The notes under the pieces are model-generated. The model was not told the DNA's origin and ran no database searches. It saw only the letters and a program-made list of their open reading frames with translations. A program made the translations under genes and the position numbers. From a virus (lineage: Duplodnaviria > Caudoviricetes): 64,000 nucleotides of DNA. Below are positions 1-10,503 of the stretch, piece after piece (the first letter of the stretch is position 1; the number at the start of each line of letters is the position of its first letter). The stretch is taken from the IMG/VR virus record IMGVR_UViG_3300022752_000016; one strand, given 5' to 3'.

Positions 1-172
1 AGATACAGATGATGATCGAGCTGATGATGAAGTTGTTGAAAGTAATGATGCAATAATAGAAGATACAGATGATGATCGAGCTGATGATGAAGTTGTTGAA
101 AGTAATGATGCAATAATAGAAGATACAAATAATGATCAAAATGATGAAGATAATGAAGTTGTAGAAAATGGT
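1..172 (+). repeat. In-frame 60-bp tandem repeat (2 exact copies plus 1 diverged) encoding DTDDDRADDEVVESNDAIIE
   Basis: Bases 1-60 are identical to 61-120; 121-172 is a diverged copy. Confidence 0.95.
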
Positions 173-1039
173 CCAAATTCACCATATGCTAAAAGTAACA
201 CCAGAGGTATAACTGGTCAGGTTTCAAATGTAAGACAACAATCAATAATACAGCAACAAACTGAATTTTCAAGTACAGGTGATTGGAGAGTAAGATTAAA
301 ATTAGCTCCAGGGGCAAATTATTTGTATGCTGCTGAAAACGTAGAGGACCGAGGAATTTTAGCTCCTTTAGCTGAAACCGACGGCGTAATTTTTCCATAT
401 ACCCCACAAATAAGTGTGGTGTATACTGCAAATTATGAACCTACTTCTATTACTCATAGTAATTATAAAATTGCACAATATCAATCAAGTAGTGTTGACT
501 CTATACAAATAAATTGTGATTTTACTGCACAAGATACTAAAGAGGCTAGTTATTTATTGGCTGTTATACATTTTTTTAGATCAGTTACAAAAATGTTTTA
601 TGGTCAAGACGAAAATCCTAAACCTGGAACTCCTCCGCCTTTATGTTATTTGGTTGGAATGGGATCCTTTCAATTTGATATGCATCCATTAGTCATTACA
701 TCATTTCAATATAATTTACCTGATGATGTTGATTACATACGGTCTACCTCTATTTTAACAAGTGCCGCAGCAGCAACCAATTCACCAAATTCAACAGGAG
801 CTTCAAATTTAAGTGCAATGGGAATACAGCCCGGAGGTTTAGCAACAAATGTTACATTTTCAACACCTCCTACAGGACAGTCAGGAGAACCAACATATGT
901 ACCTACCAAAATGAAAATACAAATAAGTTGTATGCCTATTGTCAGTAGGGCAGATATTAGTAATGTGTTTAGTTTAAGAAATTATGGTTCTGGAAAACTT
1001 TTACAGGGTAGCAAACGGGCAAGCGGGGGGATTTGGTAA
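2..1039 (+). CDS. Baseplate/tail-tube initiator-like protein (T4 gp48/gp54-like), 5'-truncated by the window; acidic repeats at the N-terminal end
   Basis: The frame of track ORF 323..1039 is open back to base 2 (DTDDDRADDEVVE...DWRVRLKLAPGANYLY...), so the TTG at 323 is not the real start. Motifs GVIFPYTPQIS, FTAQ, YLLAVIHFFRSVTKMFYG and GTPPP resemble jumbo-phage tube initiators; it lies just before the gp53-like gene. Confidence 0.65.
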   Translation, partial: DTDDDRADDEVVESNDAIIEDTDDDRADDEVVESNDAIIEDTNNDQNDEDNEVVENGPNSPYAKSNTRGITGQVSNVRQQSIIQQQTEFSSTGDWRVRLKLAPGANYLYAAENVEDRGILAPLAETDGVIFPYTPQISVVYTANYEPTSITHSNYKIAQYQSSSVDSIQINCDFTAQDTKEASYLLAVIHFFRSVTKMFYGQDENPKPGTPPPLCYLVGMGSFQFDMHPLVITSFQYNLPDDVDYIRSTSILTSAAAATNSPNSTGASNLSAMGIQPGGLATNVTFSTPPTGQSGEPTYVPTKMKIQISCMPIVSRADISNVFSLRNYGSGKLLQGSKRASGGIW

Positions 1040-1356
1040 TGTCAAACCAAAATACAATTTATCCATCAACAAGTCCATATTACAATACAAATATAGTTGA
1101 TGCAAAATACTTAGATGTTTTAATTAATAGGTCTATACCAAGACTTAGTAGCGATGTACAAATAACATTAATTAAAACATACGAATATAGGCCTGATTTA
1201 TTAGCCTATGATTTATACAATGATAGTAGATTATGGTGGGTTTTTGCTGCCAGAAATCCAAACAAATTGGGGCAAGATCCAATTTTTAATTTTGTAACAG
1301 GAATTAACATTTATGTCCCTAAGTTGGACACCTTAAAACAAGTTTTAGGTATATAA
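1039..1356 (+). CDS. Baseplate wedge protein, T4 gp53/LysM-like
   Basis: YEYRPDLLAYDLYNDSRLWWVFAARNP motif. ATG at 1039 overlaps the upstream TAA (TAATG) and is a better start than TTG 1033. Confidence 0.8.
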   Translation: MSNQNTIYPSTSPYYNTNIVDAKYLDVLINRSIPRLSSDVQITLIKTYEYRPDLLAYDLYNDSRLWWVFAARNPNKLGQDPIFNFVTGINIYVPKLDTLKQVLGI

Positions 1357-3563
1357 TGGCAAATGAATTAGAAGGGTCAGATGATGATTTAACAGGTTTG
1401 ACCCAAACAAACCAAGATAATCAAACTACGACTACTAATGGTCAGCAAACACCCGGAAGACGATTATATAATCCGTTAAGCACATTCGCTAGTTATACAT
1501 ATAATATTTCTCTTTATATGATAACTCCTGAAGCATATGATGCATTTATACAATCTGGAAGGAGAAACATATACGCCTTGTCTGATGCGTCCACAGATAC
1601 TACCTCAGCAGGTGACACATCAGGAGTATATTTAATTGCACAAAGCGGTGGAATTAACAACACAGTGAATACTAGAGCTCCTGGTTTTCAATTTGATTAC
1701 TACATTGATAATTTAAAAATAATTTCCCATATTTGTGCTAAAGCATCTGGAGGAGCTGCAAATACAAGTGCAATTACTTTTAATGTTTATGAACCATATG
1801 GTTTTAGTTTTGTTTCAAATTTAAAAAGAGCCCAAGACAGTTTACAAGCCTATATGGATCAAACTGGAAGGTCACAAAAAAATTTAGCCAATCCTACACG
1901 ACAATTTTTTATACTAGGGATAAGATTTACTGGATATGATGTAAATGGTGAAATTTTAGTAGGAGAGAAAGGAAAATTTTTAGATCCTACTGCAACTGAT
2001 AATGGTTTATTTGAAACTTTTTATGATGTAGCAATAACCGAAATTAAATTTAAGTTAACTGGTAAATTAGTTACTTATAATGTAAAAACTCAAACATTAC
2101 CTAGTAAAGAAGCTTTTGGCACTAAAAGAGGTTTAGTAGATTTGGGAGCAACCATTGAAGCAGGTTCAGTTTATGATGCCTTACTTGGGAATAAAGGGTT
2201 AATTAAAAAATTGAATGATGAACAGCAAAGATTACTGGATGCAGGAAGTATAGGAAAAAAAGACACATATAATATTCAATTTCTTTCAGATATGGAAGAA
2301 CGTGCCAAAGCTGCACAGATAGTTAGCCCAAGTGATTTAGACAAATATAAATGGGGGTCATCAGGGGCTTTAAAAACAATTGAGTCAAACGATGCTACAG
2401 CAAATAAGGCACCACCAAATAATAATGTAAGAAATGTAGTCATTCAAGGTGCCACTCCAATAATGCAAGCAATAAATCAAATTTTTTCTCAAAGTAGTTA
2501 TTTGGAGGACGCTCTCAAAGTTGTTTATACTACTAGTTTACAACCTAATCCAAGTAAAAAAACAGAAAACGAAATTAAGTCTGATAGCAAAGCTTCGGTT
2601 AGTTGGTATAATATTAGTGCACAAGTTAGTAAAGCACAATGGGATGATAAAAGATCAGATTTTGCACTAGAAATCGTATATATGATTGCTCCGTATGATA
2701 CTCCTGTCATACAAAATGCATATAGTAATCCAGGTGTAAAATATTATGGACCACATAAAAGGTATGAATATTGGTATACGGGAAAAAATTCAGAAATATT
2801 AAGTTATGAGCAATCTTTAGACACAGCTTATTATAATGTTGCATTAGTGCCTAGTAGTGCAGGAAGTGAAGCTAAAGGTGGTCCTGCTGCAATACCTTTA
2901 AAAGCAAATCAAAGAACTCCTATGCCTAGAACAGGTAGAACAGATGTTGGAGCTGAAGCACAAAACTCATACTTAACTAGCTTATATGATCCTAAATCTT
3001 TTGCTACAGCTAAAATAAACATTTTAGGTGATCCAGATTATTTAATACAGGATGCAGAGGATATTGGGGGAGTCGGAAGTGTTTATAATAAATTTTATGG
3101 AAATAATGGATATACAATTAAAGCAAATGGGGGTCAAGTTTTTATTGAGATAAATTTTAAAGAAGCTATTGACTATTATCATGACACAGGAACATTAGAT
3201 ATAAATGATAGTATTTTATTTTGGGCTTATCCACAAAGTATTAGTAAATTAGTAAAAGGTATAAGTTACCAAGTTGTAACAGTTGAAAGTAATTTTTCAA
3301 GTGGAAAGTTCAGTCAAATATTGACCTGCAATATTAATACTTTTGGAGATGTAACGGGTGAAGAAGGTACAGGTAGAGAATCAAATACTGGTTCTAATGC
3401 AAGTCAAACTGATACTACATCTTCTACAGGCTTAAGGTCTGATGATCCTACAGTAACTAATTCTAACATTGTAGCAGGAAGTCCCAATGCTTCAAACACA
3501 AATCTTCAACAAACTGATAGTAAGGGAGTAGCAAATGACGATGCAGGAACAACAAATGATTAA
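1356..3563 (+). CDS. Baseplate hub-like protein (gp27-like position)
   Basis: 735-aa ORF between the gp53-like and gp5-like genes; late INILGDPDYL motif; low-complexity termini. Confidence 0.55.
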   Translation: MANELEGSDDDLTGLTQTNQDNQTTTTNGQQTPGRRLYNPLSTFASYTYNISLYMITPEAYDAFIQSGRRNIYALSDASTDTTSAGDTSGVYLIAQSGGINNTVNTRAPGFQFDYYIDNLKIISHICAKASGGAANTSAITFNVYEPYGFSFVSNLKRAQDSLQAYMDQTGRSQKNLANPTRQFFILGIRFTGYDVNGEILVGEKGKFLDPTATDNGLFETFYDVAITEIKFKLTGKLVTYNVKTQTLPSKEAFGTKRGLVDLGATIEAGSVYDALLGNKGLIKKLNDEQQRLLDAGSIGKKDTYNIQFLSDMEERAKAAQIVSPSDLDKYKWGSSGALKTIESNDATANKAPPNNNVRNVVIQGATPIMQAINQIFSQSSYLEDALKVVYTTSLQPNPSKKTENEIKSDSKASVSWYNISAQVSKAQWDDKRSDFALEIVYMIAPYDTPVIQNAYSNPGVKYYGPHKRYEYWYTGKNSEILSYEQSLDTAYYNVALVPSSAGSEAKGGPAAIPLKANQRTPMPRTGRTDVGAEAQNSYLTSLYDPKSFATAKINILGDPDYLIQDAEDIGGVGSVYNKFYGNNGYTIKANGGQVFIEINFKEAIDYYHDTGTLDINDSILFWAYPQSISKLVKGISYQVVTVESNFSSGKFSQILTCNINTFGDVTGEEGTGRESNTGSNASQTDTTSSTGLRSDDPTVTNSNIVAGSPNASNTNLQQTDSKGVANDDAGTTND

Positions 3564-3572
3564 GGATGATTA

Positions 3573-6500
3573 ATGGCTGAGGATGTTTTTAAACCTGCTG
3601 GAGTTTTAAAGGCAGCTAAGCCAGATGCAGGTGGTGCAGCGGTACGTAACGTTCCGTTATTTGGTATAGTTAAAGATAATATTGATCCTAATAGATCAGG
3701 TAGAATTTTCGTATATATTTCTGATAATAGTGGAAAAGATCCTGACAGTAGAGATAGTTGGACTCCTGTAAGTTATTTGAGTCCCTTTTTTGGGAGAACT
3801 ACACCCAGTGCTCCTGATACAGGATATGGAAAATTTGTAGAAAATCCAACTTCCTATGGTTTTTGGAATAGCCCACCTGATATAGGAACAACAGTAATTT
3901 GTTTTTTTGTAAATGGTGATATGAATTATGGTTTCTATATAGGATCTATACCTGACCCAGAGACTTTACAAATGGTTCCTGCTATAGGTGCAACAGAAAA
4001 TATTGTTGCAAATGAAAGTGAAGCTTCAGGTTACGGGGGCGCAACACGATTACCAGTAAGTAATATTAATGTAAACAATGCTGGTATTGCCGATAGTCCG
4101 TTATATTTAGATGAAGCCAAACCTGTACATAGCTATAGTTCTGCAATATATACAAAGCAAGGATTAATAAGGGATCCTATTCGTGGACCAATTAGTTCTA
4201 GTGCTAATCGTGAAAGTCCAAGCAGAGTTGGTTGGGGAATCTTAACTCCGGGCAGACCTATTTATACAGGCGGATATACAGATGAAACAGTTTCCGAAGC
4301 AATAACCTCAAAAAGTAATAGTATAGGTTTAAAAGTCATTTCTCGCAGAGGTGGACATAGTATTGTTTTAGATGATGGAGATACCATTGGGCGTGATCAA
4401 TTAGTAAGAATAAGGTCTTCCTCAGGCCATCAAATATTAATGAGTGACGATGGGCAAACTCTACTAGTAATTCATGCCAATGGACTATCTTATATTGAAT
4501 TAGGGAAAGAGGGTACAGTTGATGTTTATGCAACCAATAGTATTAATTTAAGAACACAAGGAGATTTAAATTTACATGCCGATAGAAATATTAATATAAA
4601 TGCTAAAAAAGACCTTAAAATTAAAGCTGAAAATATAAAAATAGAATCTGAAAAAAATACGGATCAGAGAGTAGGAGAAAAGTTTCAACTTTATGCTTTA
4701 AATAATTACACAGTAAAATCTGATGCTAGTATAAGTCTAAATTCACAAAGTGACATAAGTGTTGCAAGTAGTGCAGTAGCATATGTAAACGGAAGTAAAG
4801 TTAATCTTAATACAGGTTCTACCCCTGTTAATCCACAAACTGTAGAAATTATTCCAGTTATATCACACATTGATACAGCTTATGATTCAGTAACAGGGTT
4901 CACAGCAGCACCTGGTAAATTATTAAGTGTAACCAGTAGAGCCCCGGCACATATGCCATGGGCTAATGCTGGTCAAGGAGTAGATGTTGAGGTTGATTTA
5001 TCGGAGTCGGCTAATAGTCCACAGGCTCCTATTGATAATGTAGCAAACGTAAATGATGCGTCTAATTCTGTAACACCAATAACTATTACACCTACCCAAG
5101 CAGCAACTATTCCTAGTGTACAACCTATTAGTGCAAGTTTAGATGTAAATAGTTCAGGAGCTTTATTAGCTGCCAGTGCTGCAACTGCTGCTGAAATTAT
5201 GCCGAAATCCTCTCCACTTGAGGGATATGGGATTATTACAAGTAATAATGCTAAAATTCCTGTTATAGGATCTTTTGCACAAACTCCTGATAATATTCAA
5301 CAAGGAGGTTATACAAAACCTGGATCAGCAGCATTACTTAACAGTTTAGCAGAACGAGGCTATCAAGTGCCACGTATTTTTACAGAAAACATGTTTACAG
5401 GTAAACCAGGGGGAGAAAATTTTAATCGATTTGTTACAAATACGTCAGCACAGGCATCTAATCAAATTAATAATTTTCAAAGGACACAAAGTTTGCTAAC
5501 AAAAACAGGTTTAATATCAGGAAAAGAATCCGCTTCACAAATAGGTGGAATATTGTTAGCAGGAAGTAATTTTGGAATAAAATCAACTGTAAATCTTTTT
5601 CAAGGCGTTGGTTCCAAATCTGCTAGTGCAATAAAGGGTAGTTTAAACTCAAATAACCCTGTGTTACGGGCTATAAGCACAGGCAATAATGCACTAAAAA
5701 TTGTAAATACAGTAGGTTCATTCGGAGGCCTATCAAAAAGTATTGATGCATTGCAAAAAGCAGGTAGTGGTATTTCATCTATATATAAAGACAAAGGAAT
5801 TGTAGCAAGTGCGTTTGGAGCTGTAAGCGGTACATTTAAAGCCTTAACGCCAGGAGTACCTCAAAATTTACGAAAAATTAGTGAACTTAATAAATCTTTT
5901 GGAGCAGTGGCAGGTCAAGCTGGAACAAAGACAAATTTGAACAATTTAGTAAACGCATCAAAAAGTGCAATAGGCGGTATCGGAGCACAGGCGTCAGCAC
6001 TAGCAAGTGGTATTTTAAATATGCCAGGAGGTATGGCAGGGATGACAAATATAATAAATAAGTTACCAGGAGCTAGTTCAATTAATGTTCCTGGAGTTGA
6101 TAAATTAACAGGTACCATAACAAGTGCACTTAATAGTGCATTTACAGGAAAAGGTACTCCTAATATTCCTAAAGGATTAAATGGATTAGTTTCGGCAGCA
6201 AGCACTAATTTAGGCGCAGGAGACATGGCACAGCTACTTACAAGTATAACGGGTCTGACAGGTGGAGGTAATCAAAAAATTCGACCACCTAATTTAGGAT
6301 TCAATACTGTCAATGTATCAGGTTTAAACAATCAAGTAAATAATTTATTAGGGGATCCTAGGATTCCTAGTCCAAATAATATAGGCCAAATACAACCTTC
6401 TACAGTGTCTTCATTTCAAAATACTCAATCAGAATTAGAAAAAAATAGACAGGATATTGCAAAATTGAACGAATTTAGCAAAAAAATTTCTAAGGCTAGA

Positions 6501-6632
6501 CAAGAATATGAAACCTTAAAGGCTACATTACCTGCTGGAGATCCTGAAATACAAGCAGCTAAAGAAGCTTGGTTCAAAATAGTTGACGATCCAGAACGTA
6601 AGGCTATTTTAGCTAGAATAGACAAACTATAA
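3573..6632 (+). CDS. Baseplate central spike, T4 gp5/VgrG-like (OB fold plus beta-helix) with ~600-aa C-terminal extension
   Basis: OB-fold motifs GIVKDNIDPNRSGRIFV and PPDIGTTVICFFVNGD; beta-helix GHSIVLDD/GHQILMSDD...GDLNLHADRNININA. Confidence 0.8.
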   Translation: MAEDVFKPAGVLKAAKPDAGGAAVRNVPLFGIVKDNIDPNRSGRIFVYISDNSGKDPDSRDSWTPVSYLSPFFGRTTPSAPDTGYGKFVENPTSYGFWNSPPDIGTTVICFFVNGDMNYGFYIGSIPDPETLQMVPAIGATENIVANESEASGYGGATRLPVSNINVNNAGIADSPLYLDEAKPVHSYSSAIYTKQGLIRDPIRGPISSSANRESPSRVGWGILTPGRPIYTGGYTDETVSEAITSKSNSIGLKVISRRGGHSIVLDDGDTIGRDQLVRIRSSSGHQILMSDDGQTLLVIHANGLSYIELGKEGTVDVYATNSINLRTQGDLNLHADRNININAKKDLKIKAENIKIESEKNTDQRVGEKFQLYALNNYTVKSDASISLNSQSDISVASSAVAYVNGSKVNLNTGSTPVNPQTVEIIPVISHIDTAYDSVTGFTAAPGKLLSVTSRAPAHMPWANAGQGVDVEVDLSESANSPQAPIDNVANVNDASNSVTPITITPTQAATIPSVQPISASLDVNSSGALLAASAATAAEIMPKSSPLEGYGIITSNNAKIPVIGSFAQTPDNIQQGGYTKPGSAALLNSLAERGYQVPRIFTENMFTGKPGGENFNRFVTNTSAQASNQINNFQRTQSLLTKTGLISGKESASQIGGILLAGSNFGIKSTVNLFQGVGSKSASAIKGSLNSNNPVLRAISTGNNALKIVNTVGSFGGLSKSIDALQKAGSGISSIYKDKGIVASAFGAVSGTFKALTPGVPQNLRKISELNKSFGAVAGQAGTKTNLNNLVNASKSAIGGIGAQASALASGILNMPGGMAGMTNIINKLPGASSINVPGVDKLTGTITSALNSAFTGKGTPNIPKGLNGLVSAASTNLGAGDMAQLLTSITGLTGGGNQKIRPPNLGFNTVNVSGLNNQVNNLLGDPRIPSPNNIGQIQPSTVSSFQNTQSELEKNRQDIAKLNEFSKKISKARQEYETLKATLPAGDPEIQAAKEAWFKIVDDPERKAILARIDKL

Positions 6633-6635
6633 ATA
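6628..6635 (+). promoter_or_regulatory. T4-type late promoter TATAAATA (gp25-like gene)
   Basis: Exact T4 late consensus, 4 nt before ATG 6640. Confidence 0.7.
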
Positions 6636-6639
6636 CATT

Positions 6640-7092
6640 ATGCCAAATTATATAGGATTCAGCACAATCAATTCCAATAAGCCAAAAACCACTAATAGAC
6701 CTCCAGGTGAGGCAGGAGGTTTCGGAAGTGTTTTACAACCTATTGTATATGGGAAAAAATTTAGAATGCTTGATCAACAATTGGTTATTCAAGATTTAAT
6801 AAATGCTTTTAATATAAAAAAAGGTACTAAAGTTGGACAGCCAGAATATGGCACAACACTTTGGAATTTTCTATTTGAACCAAATACTGCTGACATTCAA
6901 TTTGCTATACAAAACGAAGTTCGTAGAGTTTGTAGCCTTGACCCTAGAATCATATTAAATTCTGTAACTTCATATCCTAAAGAAAATGGAATATTAATTG
7001 AAGTACAGCTGGCTGTAAATCCTTTTAAACAAGAAGAATTATTAAGCGTATTTTTTGATGCAACTTCTAATAATGCAAGTATTGTATCCTAA
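6640..7092 (+). CDS. Baseplate wedge subunit, T4 gp25/GPW-like
   Basis: QDLINAFNIKKGTKVGQPEYGTTLWNFLFEP...DPRI motif. Confidence 0.85.
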   Translation: MPNYIGFSTINSNKPKTTNRPPGEAGGFGSVLQPIVYGKKFRMLDQQLVIQDLINAFNIKKGTKVGQPEYGTTLWNFLFEPNTADIQFAIQNEVRRVCSLDPRIILNSVTSYPKENGILIEVQLAVNPFKQEELLSVFFDATSNNASIVS

Positions 7093-7136
7093 ATATTATA
7101 CTATTATTATTTGATAAATAATTAAAAGAGATATTT

Positions 7137-10100
7137 ATGGCTAATTCTAGAACATCGAACATAGTTGGGGTAAACGATTGGAAGGCAATTTATCAAACTT
7201 TTCGTGAGGCTGATTTTAGAAGTTATGATTACGAGACTTTACGCAAAAGTTTTATTGACTATTTAAGAGTTTATTATCCTGAAACTTTTAATGATTTTAC
7301 CGAAAGTAGTGAATTTATTGCATTATTAGATGTTATGGCCTTTATGGGGCAAGGACTTGCTTTTAGAAATGATTTAAATAGCCGTGAAAATTTTATTGAT
7401 ACTGCTGAAAGAAGAGATAGTGTTGTAAAATTAGCTAATTTAGTTAGTTACACTCCTAAAAGAAACATAGCAGGGCAGGGATATTTAAAGATTACCAGCA
7501 TTAGAACAACTGAAAATGTTTTAGATATAAATAACTTTAATCTTTCAAATATTCCTATTTTATGGAATGATCCAGCTAATCCTAATTGGCAAAATCAATT
7601 TAATGCAATAATTAATGCAACGTTAATAAATTCACAAAGAGTTGGTAATCCTGGAAACACTGCTGAAATAATAGGTGTTGATACAGAGGAATACACAATT
7701 TCAATACCTAATACTGCACTTCCTATTATACCATTTACTTCTACAATCGACGGTATTACAATGAACTTTGAATTGGTAAGTGTGTCAAGTATTGACACAG
7801 ATTATATTTATGAATTGCCCCCTGCCCCTTTTGGAAGATTTAATATATTATATAGAAATGATAATTTAGGTTTTGCAAGTCCTAATTCAGGTTTTTTTAT
7901 TTATTTTAAACAAGGTACACTAACATCTTTAGATTTTAGTTTACAACAACAAATTGCAAATCAAACAATTGATATTGATATACAAGGTATTAATAACACA
8001 GATACGTGGTTGTTTCAACTTAATAATAATAACGGCGGACGAACCTTGTGGGAAAAGGTTGATAATGTTTACGCTGATGCATACTTACAGACTGAAACTT
8101 CTAGACGTAGAGTATTTTCTGTAACTTCTAGATTTAATGATCAAGTAACTTATGTATTTGGTGACGGTGTTTTTTCAGCTATTCCTGTAGGTAATTTTAG
8201 AGCCTATGTAAGAGCAGGTAATGCTCTAACTTACACTATAGAACCTAGTGAAATGCAAGGTATCAGTGTAAGTTTTGCCTATATTAGTAGAATAGGAAAG
8301 GTAGAAACATTATCATTTACTTTAGCTTTACAAACTAGTGTGAGTACTGCCCAAGTAAGAGAACCCATAGAACAAATTAAACAACGTGCACCAACTAGAT
8401 ATTATACTCAAAATAGAATGGTTAATGGCGAAGATTATAATAATTTTCCATATACTTTATATAGTTCTATTATAAAAAGTAAAGCTATTAATAGATCAAG
8501 TGTAGGAGTAAGCAAAAATTTAGACCTATTAGACCCAACAGGCAAATATTCAAGTATAACTAGCTATGGCAGTGATGGTGCTTTATATCAACTAACAGAT
8601 GAAAGTTTTTTAACAACAGTTATCAATAATACAAACGATATAAGAAATTTTTTAACAATTTTAACTACAGCTTTAGGAACTATACCTCCAAATCAATATT
8701 ATGTAGCAAATTATCCAAGATATGATGTTAACCAAAGCACTGGCGATGATACCACATATTGGCAAACTAGTACAGTCAACACATCAAGTGAAACTGGATT
8801 TTTTTACAAATTTGTAAACTTAAACAAGACGCCTGTTCCTACTGGCACCTTTTCAGCAACAAGTATGAAATATGTTATTGAAGGGTCAATGATAAAATTT
8901 TTAGCTCCAATTGGTTTTTATTTTGATAATGACAATCGTCTAGTAGCAGGGTTGCCAGGACCAACAAATAAAACTTATTTTTGGACTACTGTTTTACAGG
9001 TTGTGGGTGATGGTTTTAATAGCGGGGATGGGCAATTTGCTAACGGTCTAGGACCTGTTACAGTAAGTGGGTATGTACCTTCAGGAGCTATTATAACCAC
9101 TGTAATTCCTCCCTTTTCAAATAGATTTAACACAATCGTAATTGATGAAATTCAAAGAAGGATGGAATTAAATCAAAACTTTACTTTAACATATAACAAT
9201 TCATTACAAACAAATCAGAATCCATGGTCTATAGAATTAGAAACTGAACCTGATTACTTCATTCTTTTTACAAACACAGGAGTAAATCGTTATATTGTTC
9301 AATATAAATCATTAAATTATTATTTTGGTAGTGTATCTGACACTAGGTTTGCATTTAGCCAAGACGAATTAGTTTACGATCCATTTACAGGAAAAACGAT
9401 ACAAGATAATATAACTATTTTAAAAATAAATAATCAACCTAATTCATCTTATCCTTATGGATATGATATAAAAGTTAATATAATAGGACAAAATATTGCT
9501 AGTGATGGATATGTTAATGATTATGAAATTAAAGTAGCTTCAACTGATATAAATAATAGGAACCTAATTCTAAACCCTGATTTTTTTTATGAAATAACTG
9601 GTTACCAAATAAACAGTTCTAATGTTGGTAAATATGTTTTTTTTGAATTAATAGAAAATCCCATTACACTATCATTTTTACAAATTATACCTACCTCAAC
9701 CGTAAATTATCAATATCAAAATTTATCACAAATTGAAATTGTAAAGTATGATTACCCATTAGGTCAATTGTTTTTTGCTTATGTAGAAAATAAATTTTAC
9801 AAATCCTTTCAAGATAATACAAAAATAACTCCATTTTTTGTAATGAGGGAACAACCACAATATTCAGTTAGATTTGGTAGACAAGGTTTAAATTTTCAGT
9901 ATAAACATAATAGTAATAATACAACTAGAATTGATCCTGCTACTACTAATATAATAGATTTGTATATAGTAACACAATCATATTATACAGCTTATAGTAA
10001 TTACATACAAGATACAACTAATACTATTCCTAAACCAGAAGTTCCTAGTATCACTGAATTATCCACGACATATAGTGAACTAAATAATTATAAAATGCTT

Positions 10101-10502
10101 AGTGATAATATAGTTTTAAATAGTGTCGTTTTTAAACCTTTGTTTGGCCCAAAAGCTGATTCTGCACTTCAGGCTACTATAAAGGTAATTAAGGCATCAT
10201 TTACTAATGCAAGTGACAGTGAGATTAAAAGTGCAGTGCTTACAGCTATGAATAATTATTTTAATATTAATAATTGGAATTTCGGAGATACTTTTTATTT
10301 TGATCAACTAAGTGCATACTTACATGCAACGATTGGTGAATTTATAAGTTCAGCAGTTTTAGTTTCTAATAATCCAAGTTTACGGTTTGGAGACTTGTAT
10401 GAAATAAGGTCTATGCCTTATGAGATTTTTGTTAATGCTGCAACAACAAGCGACATACAAGTGATAGCTGCATTGACTCAATCACAACTTCAAATAAGAT
10501 AA
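7137..10502 (+). CDS. Baseplate wedge subunit, T4 gp6-like
   Basis: DFRSYDYETLRKSFIDYL...NDFTESSEFIALLD...ENFIDTAERRDSV...YTPKR; FGDGVF; TQNRMVNGEDY. Confidence 0.85.
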   Translation: MANSRTSNIVGVNDWKAIYQTFREADFRSYDYETLRKSFIDYLRVYYPETFNDFTESSEFIALLDVMAFMGQGLAFRNDLNSRENFIDTAERRDSVVKLANLVSYTPKRNIAGQGYLKITSIRTTENVLDINNFNLSNIPILWNDPANPNWQNQFNAIINATLINSQRVGNPGNTAEIIGVDTEEYTISIPNTALPIIPFTSTIDGITMNFELVSVSSIDTDYIYELPPAPFGRFNILYRNDNLGFASPNSGFFIYFKQGTLTSLDFSLQQQIANQTIDIDIQGINNTDTWLFQLNNNNGGRTLWEKVDNVYADAYLQTETSRRRVFSVTSRFNDQVTYVFGDGVFSAIPVGNFRAYVRAGNALTYTIEPSEMQGISVSFAYISRIGKVETLSFTLALQTSVSTAQVREPIEQIKQRAPTRYYTQNRMVNGEDYNNFPYTLYSSIIKSKAINRSSVGVSKNLDLLDPTGKYSSITSYGSDGALYQLTDESFLTTVINNTNDIRNFLTILTTALGTIPPNQYYVANYPRYDVNQSTGDDTTYWQTSTVNTSSETGFFYKFVNLNKTPVPTGTFSATSMKYVIEGSMIKFLAPIGFYFDNDNRLVAGLPGPTNKTYFWTTVLQVVGDGFNSGDGQFANGLGPVTVSGYVPSGAIITTVIPPFSNRFNTIVIDEIQRRMELNQNFTLTYNNSLQTNQNPWSIELETEPDYFILFTNTGVNRYIVQYKSLNYYFGSVSDTRFAFSQDELVYDPFTGKTIQDNITILKINNQPNSSYPYGYDIKVNIIGQNIASDGYVNDYEIKVASTDINNRNLILNPDFFYEITGYQINSSNVGKYVFFELIENPITLSFLQIIPTSTVNYQYQNLSQIEIVKYDYPLGQLFFAYVENKFYKSFQDNTKITPFFVMREQPQYSVRFGRQGLNFQYKHNSNNTTRIDPATTNIIDLYIVTQSYYTAYSNYIQDTTNTIPKPEVPSITELSTTYSELNNYKMLSDNIVLNSVVFKPLFGPKADSALQATIKVIKASFTNASDSEIKSAVLTAMNNYFNINNWNFGDTFYFDQLSAYLHATIGEFISSAVLVSNNPSLRFGDLYEIRSMPYEIFVNAATTSDIQVIAALTQSQLQIR

Positions 10503-10503
10503 T

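Noticed and set aside
1-120. CRISPR or other non-coding repeat
   Set aside because: Head-to-tail 60-bp units with no spacers, in frame within a CDS.
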